Below the pieces are notes generated by a model, which saw only the letters and a program-made list of their open reading frames with translations, did not search any database and was not told the origin of the DNA. 64,000 bases of DNA from Vicugna vicugna (Eukaryota). Positions 38,936 to 52,350 of this stretch are shown piece after piece. Position 1 is the first letter of the stretch, and each line of letters opens with the position of its first letter. The stretch is from positions 337,394 to 401,393 of the forward strand of contig MU058650.1 in NCBI GenBank assembly GCA_013265495.1, in the 5' to 3' direction. Made by a program: the position numbers and the translations under genes.

Positions 38936-40734
38936 ACTTTCAATAAATGTTAAATGAATGAACCATACACCTGAAATTCAGCTGAAATATTTGAAATCAC
39001 GAAATGTTCATTCTCTTCTTCCCTGCTTTTGAGAAGAATAACAGTGTGACATCTTCCAATTTTAAGAGTATGATTGTTAGAGGAAAAGATTTACTTCATT
39101 CAGTACTGGATTATTTCACTTATTCATTCATTCACACACCACGTATTTGTTGATTTCTTAATATAAGCTACGTATTATTCTAGGTTTTGAGGATATAGGA
39201 CCATCTGTTTTTATGGTGTTTTAATTCTTATGGAGACACACAATAAGCAAATGAATAAAAATCCCATACCACCATAAATTCACGTTTTTAAAAATGTCTC
39301 TTTGTTCCTTTGAAAACCTGGGCACAATTTAGATACGGGGGCCGAAGTTAGGAAGGAAGCACTGATGTGTCCTGCTTTCCACTGCTGCCACTACACAGCA
39401 CAGACCTGGAGCTCTGCAATTCAGGTTTTGAAGATTTTTCAAATTTTTGCAGTGTCCTTAACCTGTCTGTATAAAAAGCATTTCCAAATGAATGACTATA
39501 AAATTTTTTCATTTCTGTGGATGAGGTGTGTGACTTTGCAAATAAACAACTTTGCCAGGAAACTGAGTGTATTTTAAAAGGCCTGACTTTTGTAACAGGG
39601 ACCATGTCGTAGCTGAGAAAACTGAAAGGAAGCAAATACACAGCCACATCGTGGAAGCTGCTCTTCAGAAGTCAGCAAAATGCAATCTGAGACCGTCTTC
39701 TGCAATGACACGAGTCAGCCTGCTATTGTAAAGTGAGCAGGGAGAAAAATGACTCCCTCAATGACAAAATATCTCCTTTTATAAATTTAGAAAATGTCAT
39801 ACCTGCCAGAGTTGTCACAATTAATTATGTGAGTTTCGGGAAGATTGAAAACATCTCGCTAGTTTCTCACAACTCTTCTCTCTTCTGGAGTAATCTCCCC
39901 TGTGCACGTCCTCCGAGCTCAGCTTAGGGAACAGCTCAGCTTAGAGCTCTTTTTTGAGCTCTTTTGTGAACCTTCCTCTCAAAACATTTAGTCCTTCCTT
40001 CCTCAGTAACCACTGTACTCTCTACATAGTTCAATTAATTCACAGATCACATTGCACTTTAATTTTTTTAATAAACCTGCCTCCTATTCTAGATTGCAAT
40101 CTTCTTGTGTCCACGTATCTTTAATCCCAGAAGTTATCTTCCTGAAGTCAATGGAATAATGAATAATTGTAGTCTGTTTTCTACATCTGTGTAACCAACA
40201 ATATTATTCTAAAGTGATTTCTAAAAACTCACATCTTAAATGGCTAAACAACTTTAAGGTGATAATATTTTTATATTCACATTCTTCAATTTTATGTAGA
40301 TAAAGTTACCTTCATAGGGCACTTACTCACCTTTATTGAATTTGTTCACTATGATGAAATGGAATGTTCAATAAATTTTTAACCTATTATAAGCTATTTT
40401 AATATCAAATATTATAATTGCCTTTCCAAACTGCCAGCAACATATTTAGGCAATGATGATGGTGCTGATGGAGAATCTCCTTGAAGGAAAACAAAAATAC
40501 GTTACCCCTAACAATGAAATATTTAATGGGATTAGACTTAGTGGAAAACCAATGTTTGGAGCAGGAAATTCTTTAAGCTCTGTCTTTAGAATGGATGGTT
40601 TGCCTCACTACAAAAAGTAAGAAATGAGAGACAATTGACTTATTTGTGAACAAGGCAAATGGATACAGAAGTCATTTTTAACCAAAGCTAGATGATAAGG
40701 AAGTCCAAGATGGCTTAAAAAGATAATAGATAAT

Positions 40735-41147
40735 ACCCTGGAGAATGTCATTCTGAGTGAAATAAGCCAGAAAGAGAAAGAAAAATACATGATATCACTC
40801 ATACGTGGAATCTTAAAAAAAAAAAAAAGACAAATGAACTTGCATATGAAACAGAAACAGACTCTTAGACATAGAATACAGACTTGTGGTTGCCAGGGAG
40901 GAGGGGGAAAGGAAGGGATAAACTGGGAGTTTGAGATTTGTAGATACTGACTGGTATATATAAAATAGATAAATAAGTTTAGACTGTAGAGCACAGGGAA
41001 ATACATTCAAGATCTTGCAGTAGCTTATGGTAAAAAAGAATATGAAAATGAATATATGTATATTCATGTATGACTGAAGCGTTACGCTGTGCACCAAAAA
41101 CTGATGCAACATTGTAAACTGACTATACTTCAATTAAAAAAAAAATA
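40735..41147 (+). mobile_element. 5'-truncated L1 3' end (camelid-type)
   Basis: ccctggagaatgtcattctgagtgaaataagccag...gtaaactgactatacttcaattaaaaaaaa. Confidence 0.9.
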
Positions 41148-41439
41148 GAAACAAAGCTGGAAGAAAATATGCACTAGGTTTTACGAAAACAATATCCTTA
41201 CTTTACCTGCTTCTTTCATTTGCCACAAAATTACATGTAGAAATTTGGTCCTTGAGAGAAAAATAACAGAAGAATAAAAAATTCAGATCCGGAAAAATCA
41301 AGACAAGTACAGTCTAAGATTTGTTACACTTTCTTTTAACACTGTAATGCTTTCTGAAATACTTGTTTTCCAGCAAACTAATTTACAGGCTACCAAACAT
41401 ATTTGTGATCAATCTTGCCAAAAGGATTTATTTTCTAAA

Positions 41440-41628
41440 TCAGTAGTTTTTAAACTTCTGGTTGTAATATTTTAGTGAGCTGTTAAGGTTAAGCATTGCT
41501 TTATTACTAAAAGAGTAAAACAAAAGGTTTTAATTTTATGTACCTTACACATACAAATAAAAATGAATGTGTGCTCTGTGTCAAATGTATTTATTATGAG
41601 TTGTAATAAAAAATATTGAAAGCTATCA
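41440..41628 (+). mobile_element. MER112-like hAT MITE
   Basis: cagtagtttttaaactt...aatgtatttattatgagttgtaataaaaaatattgaaagcta; similar to 53166-53404. Confidence 0.5.
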
Positions 41629-41649
41629 TGCTAAGGAATATGAATAAGT

Positions 41650-42428
41650 TAACTGTGTTTAATGGAAACATTTCAATTTCCTTAGGCAAGATTAACTGAA
41701 GGATATAAGCAATGTTTCTTCAGGAGTTAACTCCTCAAACAGTGGCCAAGGCACCATTCTCATTCTACCTTAAAGTCTCATCATTAGCACTTCTTTTTTC
41801 AGTTTTATTGAGATACAATTGACACATTGTGTAAGTTTCCGGTGTACAATGCATTGATTTGACACATTTATAAATTGCAAAATTATTAACATCATGGTAT
41901 TAACTACCACCTCCATCCCATCACACAATTACCACTTCTTTTCTTGTGATAAGAGTTAAGATCTATGGTTGGCCCTTGGTATCCACTGATTCAACCAACT
42001 ATGGATGAAAAATATTTGGAAAAAAATTTCAGGAAGTTCCAAAAAACAAAACTTGAATTTGCTGTGTGCCTGCAATAATTTAAATAGCAATACATTGTAT
42101 TTACAACTATGTACATAGTGTTTACACTGTATTAGGTAATACAAGTAATCTAGAGATGATTTAAAGTATATGGGAGGATGTGCATAGGTTATACGCAAGT
42201 AGCGCATCATTTAAATAGGAGACTTGCGCATCCGTGGATTTTGTATTTTAGGGGATCCTGGAACCAATCCCCTGCAGATACCGAGGGATGACTCTACTGT
42301 CTGAGCAATATCCAAGTACATAATAGAGAATTATCAGCTACAATCACAGTGCTGTACTTTAGATCCTCAACTCGTTAATTTTATAACTGGAAGGCTGTAC
42401 CCTTTGTGTAGTATCTGCCCATTTCCAC
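41650..42428 (-). mobile_element. Composite L1 3' end, copy 1 (L1 UTR, internal MER2-type MITE at 41966-42294, extra 3' tail)
   Basis: MITE flanked by TA/TA inside ttaagatcTActgtctgagc; tail homologous to 59860-60052. Confidence 0.88.
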
Positions 42429-43375
42429 TGGTGCTTCTTTAAGGCTAGGATCATTTTTAAAGTAATGATTTTATTAAAATAAGATGAATTTTGAGTCTAG
42501 TTTAAGATATTAGCCATTTATAGACTGAAGCCACAGAAAGACTGGCTCTGAAGGAGTAAGAAGAGGTACAGAGCATACCTACCATGTCTTCCTAATGAGA
42601 GACCCAATTGAGTGATGGGGGACTAGCAATGGGCACTAACTGGGAAAGAAGGAGGAGGTTGGACAGGGGACCTGGTCCTTAACAGCCAGGAAGAAACAGT
42701 AAGGATGCTGGGCCAGGAGAAGGAAGAACTTGGCACTGTGATACCCAAGCTTGAATACTGGAGGAAATCAGGAAGTATATCTTAGAAATATTATTACCAG
42801 TCCTCTCCTGAGAATGCATTCACCAATTTCTCCTATGGGAGTCTTCCTCTAACTCCTAGAGACAGGAATATTTGGCTACATGTAGCCTGTAGACTATTTC
42901 TGCTCAGCGATAGGGAATAATTATGGGCATGAACTGAGAAACATCTGAGAAACAACAATCAAAAAGAAGGAACAATATTGGTTTAACAGTAACCAATATT
43001 GTCTAGAGCTTTTCTAGTGTGCTTTTTAACTAACCACCTTCTGAAGAATGTAACACAGGCACATTCTATTATCCCCAGGGAAACTCTGAGGGGATACGAC
43101 CCACAATTACAAGCAATTCTCAAACCTACCGATTACTGGAGCAAGAACTAAAACCTGAGTCTTTGCACTCCAAATCCTTTGCCCTTTGATTACACTAACC
43201 AATTTTTCCACTGGAGAGAGAACAAAAGGAGCCAAAGTCAAAGATACACTTTGCTTACCCTGGGCCTTGGGGTTTACCCTTGGCCTGCCATGACCTTAGG
43301 ACACATGAAGAATATCCTATAAACCTGAGAATATTATTCATTTATTCATTCTCTTTCACGATTGGTTAAAAAATA

Positions 43376-44016
43376 CTGTATTTCATAAAAATCTAAGATT
43401 CCACAAATTATAAAATGCATGGTTAACTTCATGTACCATTAATAAAGGAAAAAAACATAAACAATTAAACTATAATATAAATGCCCTCATCTCTCTTTGA
43501 ATCTCCTTTAACAATTACTAAAATATTATTTAGACTTATTTAGATACATATTTTATCATATTTACTCTGTGTAAATATGAGCAATAAAATCTGAATTTAT
43601 TCAGAAAAGTTTCGAATTTTCAGACTCTAACCCTTCTGAGTCATTTGTCAAAGTGGAGTTTACTGCGGTCCATGTGTTCCCGTCTATGTCATTCTCTGTG
43701 ACATCTGAAGGGGTTTCACTCTTCAACAAGCTTTGATGTTGAAACTTCTGGGTTTTACCAGAAGAAGAGCAAAATAATGTTTGTGATCACTAGGGCTTGT
43801 AGTCTTTCTTTAAATAATCCTTAAGTGGTTTGTAGATCAAAACCTCTAGGGTGCATTTGTATACAGGTGCCACTAGAAACAGTAACAGAGAATAACAACT
43901 CCCTCAGCCCGACCAAATTTTGTGTGACACCATCGACTGACTACAAGACATGTTCTAAGTTCACCAATGTTAAATAAGAGGGGGGAACTGTGTGCTTTAG
44001 GACTGATTAAATAAAA
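43376..44016 (+). mobile_element. Tigger13a-like TcMar-Tigger element
   Basis: TA-ctgtatttcat...tctaaga...catgtaccattaataaaggaaaaaa start; tgtgctttaggactgattaaata-TA end. Confidence 0.65.
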
Positions 44017-44164
44017 TATTCTGCTTGTATTGTCTTTTTACTTTCCCTTAGAAAATAACAGGTGAGAGATTTGGATTAAGACACTTAACCAGTCCAATTC
44101 CTCCCAGAGAATCAGCCCAAATAAGATAAATATCCAAAACTAGTTAACCAGAGTGGTCAAATGC

Positions 44165-44350
44165 AATAGCTAACATTTATCAAACGCTGTAAGTCTCAGA
44201 CACCATGTTAACATTGTTTCCAATTTTTCCAATTCTGCCTGAAAGATTTTGTTCCACATTTTACAGATCAGGAAACTGAAACAAGAAAAATGAAGCATCT
44301 TGCCCACAAAGCAGCAGATGCCAAAGCCTTAACTGAAATCCCCGTAAGAC
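44165..44350 (-). mobile_element. MIR SINE
   Basis: aatagctaacatttatcaaacgc...ccacattttacagatcaggaaactgaa. Confidence 0.7.
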
Positions 44351-45076
44351 ATTTCACAGCCTCATCTATCGCCCTCTCTTCTTGTTTTACTTTCCCGCCC
44401 CTCAACTCCCCAAACTTCTTTCCTCGCTTTTTATCTTGTTCACTTTTCTTCACTCTTCAAATGCTTTACGAGGAACAATAAGACATCCTAATTCTCAAGA
44501 GACAAACTCCTAGGAATTCTGTTCTTCTCTTTCCATTCCCCGTTGGAGTTACCCATACATGTCAGGTGAGTTACACCTCACCTTTCCATTTCAGTAGCCA
44601 CACCGAGGCTAGCTCCTCAAAGCCCCCCTATCAGACCACCTGGAGTAGCACCTCTCTGGTCTGTCACATAGCAGCATTGCCTCTCCATCCTCATTGAGAG
44701 GCGCCTTCCTTGCTGAAAGTAAGCACGAAAGTAGAAGATGCTGCTAAGGAGAATCAGTAAGGGAATGAAGTACTTTCCTGACAGAGTTTTAGTTTCTGTG
44801 GTTAGCAGTGGGGAATCGACACACTTCCCTGTTGACAGGTCTTATGCTGTTTTCCTTACTTGAAATGCTAATACCCCTGTCCTCCTATATTGCACCAATG
44901 TCACTTTTTCTATGCATCCTCCCTCAGATGCTCCATCAGAAATGCTTACTTACTGCTCTCTTTACATCCGTCTGTGGATTTTATGATCATATTAGGACAC
45001 TGTAGTACCTTCATGTCTAGCTGCGTAACCTCAGAGCAGAAAGCATGCCTTCTTTAATTATAGGATCCTTTATTGA

Positions 45077-45399
45077 AGTGCTGTCTAACGAACAAACCAC
45101 AAGCCACAAATGTGAGCCTCATATAAAATTTAAAAATTTCTAGTAGTCATAGTAAAAATAAGAAATATGTGAAATTGATTTAATTATATTTTTATTTAAC
45201 CTACTATATCCAGAATATTGTCGTTTCAGACTGTCATCAAATTTAAAATGTACTGACATTTTTATATTCCTTTTTTTTGTAGAAAGTTTTTGAAACCTGG
45301 TGTATATGTTTCATTTACAATAGCTCAGTTTGGACTAGCCGTATCTAAGGTGTCCACTAGCAACATGTGACTTGGGGCTGCCATACGGAACAGTGCAGC
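45077..45399 (+). mobile_element. MER33 (hAT-Charlie)
   Basis: gtgctgtctaa...agccacaaatgtgagcc...tttatttaacctactatatccagaatatt...tttggactagcc...gaacagtgcag. Confidence 0.85.
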
Positions 45400-45748
45400 T
45401 CAACAGCTTGAACGTGAGAAGGGAGAACTCATTATATTTTCACTGAATGAAAAAGCCGAGCAATGGAAAGATTGGGAGGGCATAAAAGCATTGTATATCA
45501 CGGAGAATAAAAACAATAAGAAAATAATCATAGAAATTGAGCTTCAGAGAACCAGATATGGTGTTCTGTTAGTAGAAACAGAGACATTATTGGAAATAGG
45601 ATCTGAGGAACCAAAACCAAAGATAGCTTTTGTACCATTGTCAAAGTACTCTGAAGGAAAGAATTGTAACACTTACAACAAAACAAAAAGATGCTTCCAG
45701 CACCACCTACAAATAGGCGTTTAGAAAAAAAAAATATGATGATGATAA

Positions 45749-46302
45749 TGCTACCCTCAGAAAAGGAAAAGACCCCAGTCCTTGTCTTAACCGAAAGACA
45801 CGATTACAGACAGGAGGCAGAGTGCACTGTGCAGTGAAAGATTCTAAAGGATTTAGTTAGGAAAAGCAAAGCACACCTCCAAGCAAAGGGGGCAGGCTGA
45901 TCCAAGGGTGGAAAAGCACTGGCCTTTGTTTTGCCCTTTCTCTTACACCCTCGCTGAGAGGTGGTCTTTTGATTGATTGGCAGCTCTTGCCCTGGAATGC
46001 CTAGTTATGTTTGTTTTCTTTGTGCACGTCCTTACCCATGGTGTACACAGGAGAGCCCATGGGGGCGTGGCCTAATCCACAATGTTAATTATGATGCAAT
46101 GAACCTTGGGTCGTGTCCGGTTAAGTCCTTTCCGTTACCGAGCAGTCATGGCTTTCGGATCTTAATCAGTTTCTTGCTGGCACTCGTTTAGGAGATGTGA
46201 AGTCCCTTTGTGCTGAAGGCAGGCATAATACCATCTTCTGGCCTGTCCTCCCTCTCCTCCACCTGTCTGCCTGGGGTCCCCGACTTATCTAACTACCTAA
46301 CA
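45749..46302 (-). mobile_element. Solo ERV1 LTR, 4-bp TSD ATAA
   Basis: TG...CA termini, ATAA on both sides; minus strand begins tgttaggtagttagataag. Confidence 0.88.
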
Positions 46303-46949
46303 ATAAGACAACAAATATATATAACCTCTCCTCACTTTGCAGACACAAGCAATTACCTCAAACATGATAACATGATAAAATGGCACAGTCAAGTGCACTG
46401 AATCCTTTTAGTTCATAATCTAGACAACTGTTTCATGAATTTGAATAATATTTACTTCTACATAGTGCATATGGCTAAATGAACAAGTATGAATAAAATT
46501 AGGATATTTGAATATGTAACAAGGCTGCTCATTTTTCTTCTCTCAGACTGACAGATTTATCATTTGACACAGAGATGACTCCTCTATACCTACTTAGTGT
46601 TACTCAGCAATTACTGCCTTTCTATGGCATGTCTTTTGTGTTGTTTTATCACATTTCATGTTGTTATCAAAATACATTCAACCAAATTAAATAATTAATG
46701 GAGGAAAAAAAACCAGGCACACGGAATTTCAAAATGCAAGATTTCTAAATAGGTAGGGATAATTAAGATGGTCTGAATTTCAGAAGTGCTTTTTTCATGA
46801 AGATACAATATTGGTTTTGTTTGCTATTTGTTAACCTAAGAGTTTTTCTTAGGTTTTAATAATAAGGGACAGTAAATAAAGGTACAAATATATTCTTTTG
46901 AACTTTGAAAGATTCCTGTTCATGTCATAGTATCATGTTGCTAAAGTGC

Positions 46950-47605
46950 TCCCATCCAAGCTAAGATCCTGGAAGCAATTTCTTGTTCCTTCATGTACCT
47001 CATCTAATCAAGTAATTTCTGTCAATTCAGAGTCACATGTATTTTTGACCCTTCTCCATCTCCTCTGATACTACTGTCTTACTTCAGGCTAGCATCCTCT
47101 CTTACAGGACTCCCACAATAACCTCCAAATTGATCTTTCTGTTCCTGAGGTTGTCCCTTCAAATTCATTAGCCACAAATCTACCAGAGTGGCCTTTTCCC
47201 TGCTTGAAGTAAGTCATACTTTTTAACCTGACCACAGAGCCATCCATGACGTGGTTTCTGTCTGATATGTCTCACTTTGTGTCCTTGATTATTCTCCATT
47301 TATTCTATGTTAATAATCAACTGGTGTTTTCCATGATTACTGGTTGTGTTGGGTCTTCCATCTTTCATATGTTACCGATATACTAGCTTTTTACTTACAA
47401 ATAATCATATGTCTACATGTCTGTTTCTCCTACTAGTTTGCGAGTCATTGAAGTCAGGGGCAGTCATTATTATTATACTTTTAGTCTTTAATTCTTCACA
47501 TAATACTGCATATGCTAGAATCTTGAATGGAGAACCTAATTCCTATAATAGTGTATTTCACTCTTCTAGGCACTCAGTAAATGTTTGTCAAAATGAATTA
47601 AATTT
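46950..47605 (+). mobile_element. L2 3' region
   Basis: tctgtttctcctactagtttgcgagtcattgaagtcaggggc...taggcactcagtaaatgtttgtcaaaatgaatt. Confidence 0.7.
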
Positions 47606-49639
47606 AGGAACATGCCCAGGGTTAGATGCAAAGATCCAGAGTTTAATACAACATTCTGAAAATGAAAGTTTACCTATTTTGTTAGTCTCTAGTTTAAGAA
47701 TCTACCTCTATCTTAGATAAATCATGTTCTAATTTAGAAACTAAGTTGAAATAAACTACCAAGAAAACCATAGGTGTACAATATACAACATTATTAAATT
47801 ATGAGTGTACCTATCTGCCATCTATTACTGCATTAAGTGGGGGAAATATTTTGCTGTCACTCAGAATTGAAAAGGGTACTGACAACAAGGAAGTTGAGGA
47901 GTGCGTGAGAGCCCTTGAAAATTTCCATATGGTGACTATCTTCCTGTGTGCTCATGAAAATAAATGTGGTTTTTTTTAATGAGCAGAACTGTTGATTTGA
48001 ATAATTTAACTTTATCTTATACACTTTCCCCATCCTTATCCTTTGACTTCACATTTTCTTAGATATTTTGGAAGACATGTTTGTAAAAGGCAATGAGCAA
48101 GGTTTCTTCGTCATGTCATATAATGAGCTTGTTTTAGGAGACGTTTAAAGAGCAACTGAGAACCCACACTACTGAGTGAAAATAGAGCCTGCTAAGACTT
48201 CCCTAACATTTGAAAATCGTAATTTGCCTTCACAGAATAATGAGGTGAAGCGAAGGGGCAGAACTCATTTTATGTTCATGGAAAAGCAGCTAATTACATA
48301 CTTCTTCACAAATCATATTTCAATGGGCACTTACAGCGTCAAAAGTGGATAATGATTGACTTCTCTTCATCCTTAAACAGCTATATTTTAAGTTATGCTT
48401 CCACTTTAGCATTTTCAAAAAGGTCATCTAATCAAATGTATTTTTTAAAATCTCCTGAGTGTAAAGTGCTGTACATAAAATTATTCAAGGCACTAAAGCA
48501 CTGTTAATCATGATGGAAAAGAATTTAAAAATCACTAGATTTCGGAGAGAGAAAAACAAGTCAAATTCACCATGAGTTAATGGAATATATAGAAAAGGAA
48601 AGGAAGAAATGAATTATTTGGCATATATTTACCCCTTCTAAATAGCTCACAGGAAGTGTAACCAGCAGTTACTAGAATATAATATTTAGACGGAAAATAA
48701 TTTAGCACTTGTGTCTTTATTTAATGGTACCTCTACTTAAAAGTGTCCTACTAAACCCCACAACAATTCTTGGAGAATGTGTGTACACGTTCTCTCTCAA
48801 AAAATACATGAGAAGTGCTTTGTCTAATTGATTTTCCGCTTCTAGAATAATAGTTATTTATTAGCCATTTTAATACACATCACCATGTATTATACCCCTC
48901 ATTAAATTGTATCCCATTTTTAAACAATAAAATCTTATCAAATATTTATTGTAATTACCATTTGCTGCTACATACCACTGTTTCAGTGGATTGAGATTTT
49001 AATATTCAAATTCTTTTTATGGCATGGCATAAACATTAATCAGTGCTTACTCCATAGCTAACGGATGCTTCCTTCTTAACGACTCACCCGTCTGTACACA
49101 ACGGACACCCACTAAATGATGGCTAACCGTATGTAATGACTGTTACAATACACAACACAGCTACTCTCACAATAAACTGTATTTGCAGCCATGGTCCTTC
49201 ATGGCCACTGTGATGTCTTGCATCTCATTAACACATTCTATCTCTTACCAATAAATTCTTCACGCATCCCTGAAACCCTACCGTGTTTTTGCACTAATAA
49301 AATAAAACCGTCATAGCGATATATTTTGGACCCAGCAAATATGTTTACTATCTAATGTAACTTCAGTTTTTACACTTTTTATTAGCACTCTGTTTTCAAG
49401 TTGTGTATCTTCAATTATTTTGGTGGTCATTATCAATATCTGTTAGAGAAACACATGATGAGTTTCCATCAATAGCCTCACTATTAAGATTCAAGAATAA
49501 AAATGTTTTCTCTCTGGCAAAAGGTTCAGGCACAGGGCTGGTAAAGTAGAAGCCATGAAAGAAAGGTATTGAAACCTGGGATTACCTGGCACCTAGAAGA
49601 TGATCAGTATTGAGAGCCGCAGGTCATAACGGGGGGAAA

Positions 49640-49905
49640 AAAGCTAAAATGATTTCCAGCTCTAGGTTTGATTTCTGGCTCTGCCATGTATTGACACGTG
49701 ACCGGGCAAATCACTTCATTTAACTAAGCCTATTTTATTTGTAAAATGAAGAAGGAAAGGCATATTTTCTAGTGTTGCTATGAGGACAAAATTAACTGAT
49801 TTATGCTCTAACGTAATGCTTGGCATGAAGTAGACACTCAGCAAACTGCTAGTACTCCTGCTGATAAGGTGATAATGGTGATAATGATGTTGGAATAAAT
49901 GAATG
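49640..49905 (+). mobile_element. MIR SINE
   Basis: tctggctctgccat...gtgaccgggcaaatcacttcattt...atttgtaaaatgaag...gcttggcatgaagtagacactcagcaaa. Confidence 0.8.
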
Positions 49906-49992
49906 AAGATTATGATCAGGGACATAAGATCACAGCCAGCCTGCATCTCTATGTTCTATGTTCTCTGTTCTCCTTCTCCTCATAAGTGAAAC

Positions 49993-50554
49993 TGTTAGGC
50001 AGTCAGAAATGAGCACTGGGCAGGGGGAGAGAAGGGGTAGGAGCAACCCAGAAAATAACAGTAGGCCTGCACTCTGGATAAGGGGCTCCCAGAATTTTTA
50101 CTTTCTCTAAATGAGGGCCAGCAAAGAAGCCGGCTAGAATCAAACGCTGCAGCTGCACAGTATAGAGAAGGACTCAGCTTAACTTGACCCAGTGCTCATT
50201 GTAATGTAATCAACACTGCAGTTTGAGCACCCCCTGTAGGTTTCACTGTGTGCATTCTGGGTAAGAACATGCACAAAAGAGATGGGTGTGCCTGAGCATA
50301 AGGAACCAATCAATCAATCATGAAAACACCCCCTAAGCCAGAATATAAGGCCGGAGAAACAAAGGAGCGTGCCATTTTTCCTCTTGGGTTGGCCCACCAC
50401 CACCTAACTCTTGCGAGTGTACTACATCTTACAACCTTTTCACTTTACTAATAAAATCATCTGTTTATATCATGCTTTCTGTCTCTCGTTAAGATTTTTT
50501 ATTTTTTGAGTGACTAAGAACTGAGGTATCTTTTCCCCTCTCCTCCTGGTAACA
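49993..50554 (+). mobile_element. Solo ERV1 LTR, related to the LTR at 45749
   Basis: tgttaggcagtcaga...ggtaaca, near-TSD AAAC/GAAC, CCAAT, tataa and AATAAA. Confidence 0.85.
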
Positions 50555-50780
50555 GAACTCCTCACCCTTCCAGTAACCAACTCCATTCAGCTGTAACAAT
50601 GCTGGATGGAGGTGGGAAAGAAGAGAGGAAGTTCACTCCTCTGGGGCTTGAAAAGTCACATCAGACAAGAATCAAGAATCAATATTGTGACATTTTAAAA
50701 TTTACACTTACAAACAGCCATCACTATCTGATTTATAGCTAGTATCACTGATGTTGATGTTGGTAGCACAATAAAGAAGT

Positions 50781-51291
50781 TGTTACTGAGTACAAGCTCA
50801 TACTGCTTGCCAAACAGCAGGCCAATAACACGGGAGACAAGCTGCCGAGGCAAGGAATACCAACTTTATTTGGAGCTTGGTGTCCGAGAAGAAAGAGGAA
50901 TATTGTACTAGAGAACCATCTCACCAGGGTCTGCATGCTAGTTTCTTTTATAGAACAAAGAGGGGGAGGTGAGGTGGTAAAGTAAAAAGGCCATAAGTTG
51001 TTACAAATATTTCCTGGTTTAGGCCAGACTCCCAGTAGGTGGTGTGTTAATTTCTTCTTTCCGGCAGCCTTTGACAGGTGGCCTGGGTCGGGATGTGTCC
51101 TGTGAGCTGAACAAAGGCATTTCAGTTCAACATTCGGGCATGAGGGGCAGGGTTCCTGGAGCTGGGCCATGGATACTTGAAGCTACAGGCTTTATTCCTT
51201 TACTGTTTAACTTGTAGCAAAAGCACGAGAATACAAAGGAAAAAGGAAAAGAAACAACTAATGTGGAGCTACACTTGTTATTCCCTATTAT
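50781..51291 (-). mobile_element. Solo ERV1 LTR (MER41-like), related to the LTR at 33976
   Basis: tgttactgagtacaagctcatactgcttgcc...ggcaaggaataccaactttatt approximates the reverse complement of the 3' end of the 33976 LTR. Confidence 0.85.
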
Positions 51292-52212
51292 GAAATTACC
51301 CAGAAAAGAAAGATTTGTTGTTTGAAGGGACAAAAGACTTTTCCAACGGAACTTGGATAGGAAAGCATCATAGAAAAAAGAAGGTGAAGGGTACCCAGGA
51401 AGAAGCAAAATGCCACTGTGATTAGCATCTTGTTTTTATACTGAGTTCTGCAAATAATCACTGTCTTTCAAGGTGTCAGAAAGATGTTTTATGAAATAAC
51501 ATACGGGGAAATGCTGGGTTTAAAAAGATAAATGAATTTCTTAATCTTAAGACTTTTCATAATCTTTAAAGTGCTTTACAAATCCTCACTTCATAGGCAG
51601 TACTTCCCAAAGTCACTTCATCACCAAACTTTCATTCCTTACGACACCAGGTAACATCACAGGAGGTAAGTTTTAGGATGGCTATTCTAGAAGATCCACA
51701 ATATGGAGAAGCCAGCAACTGCCTAAAGGTTAATACTAAGGTGCTTATTGGAAAGAGCTGCGAATCCAATCGTAGCAGACACAGCAAGAGACGGCAAAAG
51801 GAAAAGCTATGATTTCCTGGGTTTTTGATTCCCACCCCCAACACCAGTCCCTTTGGTTTTTGTTTGGTTGTGTTGTGTTTTGTTTTGTTTTTCTCCAGCA
51901 ATTGGAAGATCATCAGTTATAACCGGGCTTTTGTGAGGTCTTAATATATTGATCGGTAACCTGTAGGTTTAGTGGTGTTTGCGTGTCTGTGTGTGTGCAT
52001 GTGCGCACATGGGTTATTTTTCCCATGAGACAAATTTACAGGAGTGCTGGGGTGTGGTGGGTGGTGTTCTTATACATGAAAGACCTTATGGAAAGGTTTT
52101 GACTGATGTGAGAGCTACTATCCCCTTGTTCACTCACCCTTAACCTTTAAGTACCCTTATTAGAATGTGTCAAAACAGCAGTGCTGTGGATTCCTGTGAC
52201 AGTGATATCCTT

Positions 52213-52350
52213 TTTTCCCCCCAGTTTGTTGGGGGAAGGTGATTAAATTTATTTATTTTTTTAATGGAGGTACTGGGATTTGAACCCAGGAAGTTGTGCA
52301 TGCTAGGCACGCACTCTACCACTGAGCTATACCCTCCCCTTGCCTCCTAT
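52213..52350 (-). mobile_element. tRNA-derived camelid SINE (vic-1-like) with 12-bp TSD
   Basis: TSD AGTGATATCCTT at 52201-52212 and 52351-52362; gaggtactgggatttgaacccagg...ctctaccactgagctataccctcccc. Confidence 0.92.

Noticed and set aside
44595..44718. 124-nt plus-strand exon (ctttccatttcag ... aaa|gtaagc)
   Set aside because: All three frames contain stops, and a competing donor lies only ~28 nt upstream. It cannot be supported without RNA data.
45749..50554. Related LTRs at 45749 and 49993 as a provirus
   Set aside because: They are in opposite orientations, each has its own TSD, and there is no retroviral interior between them.
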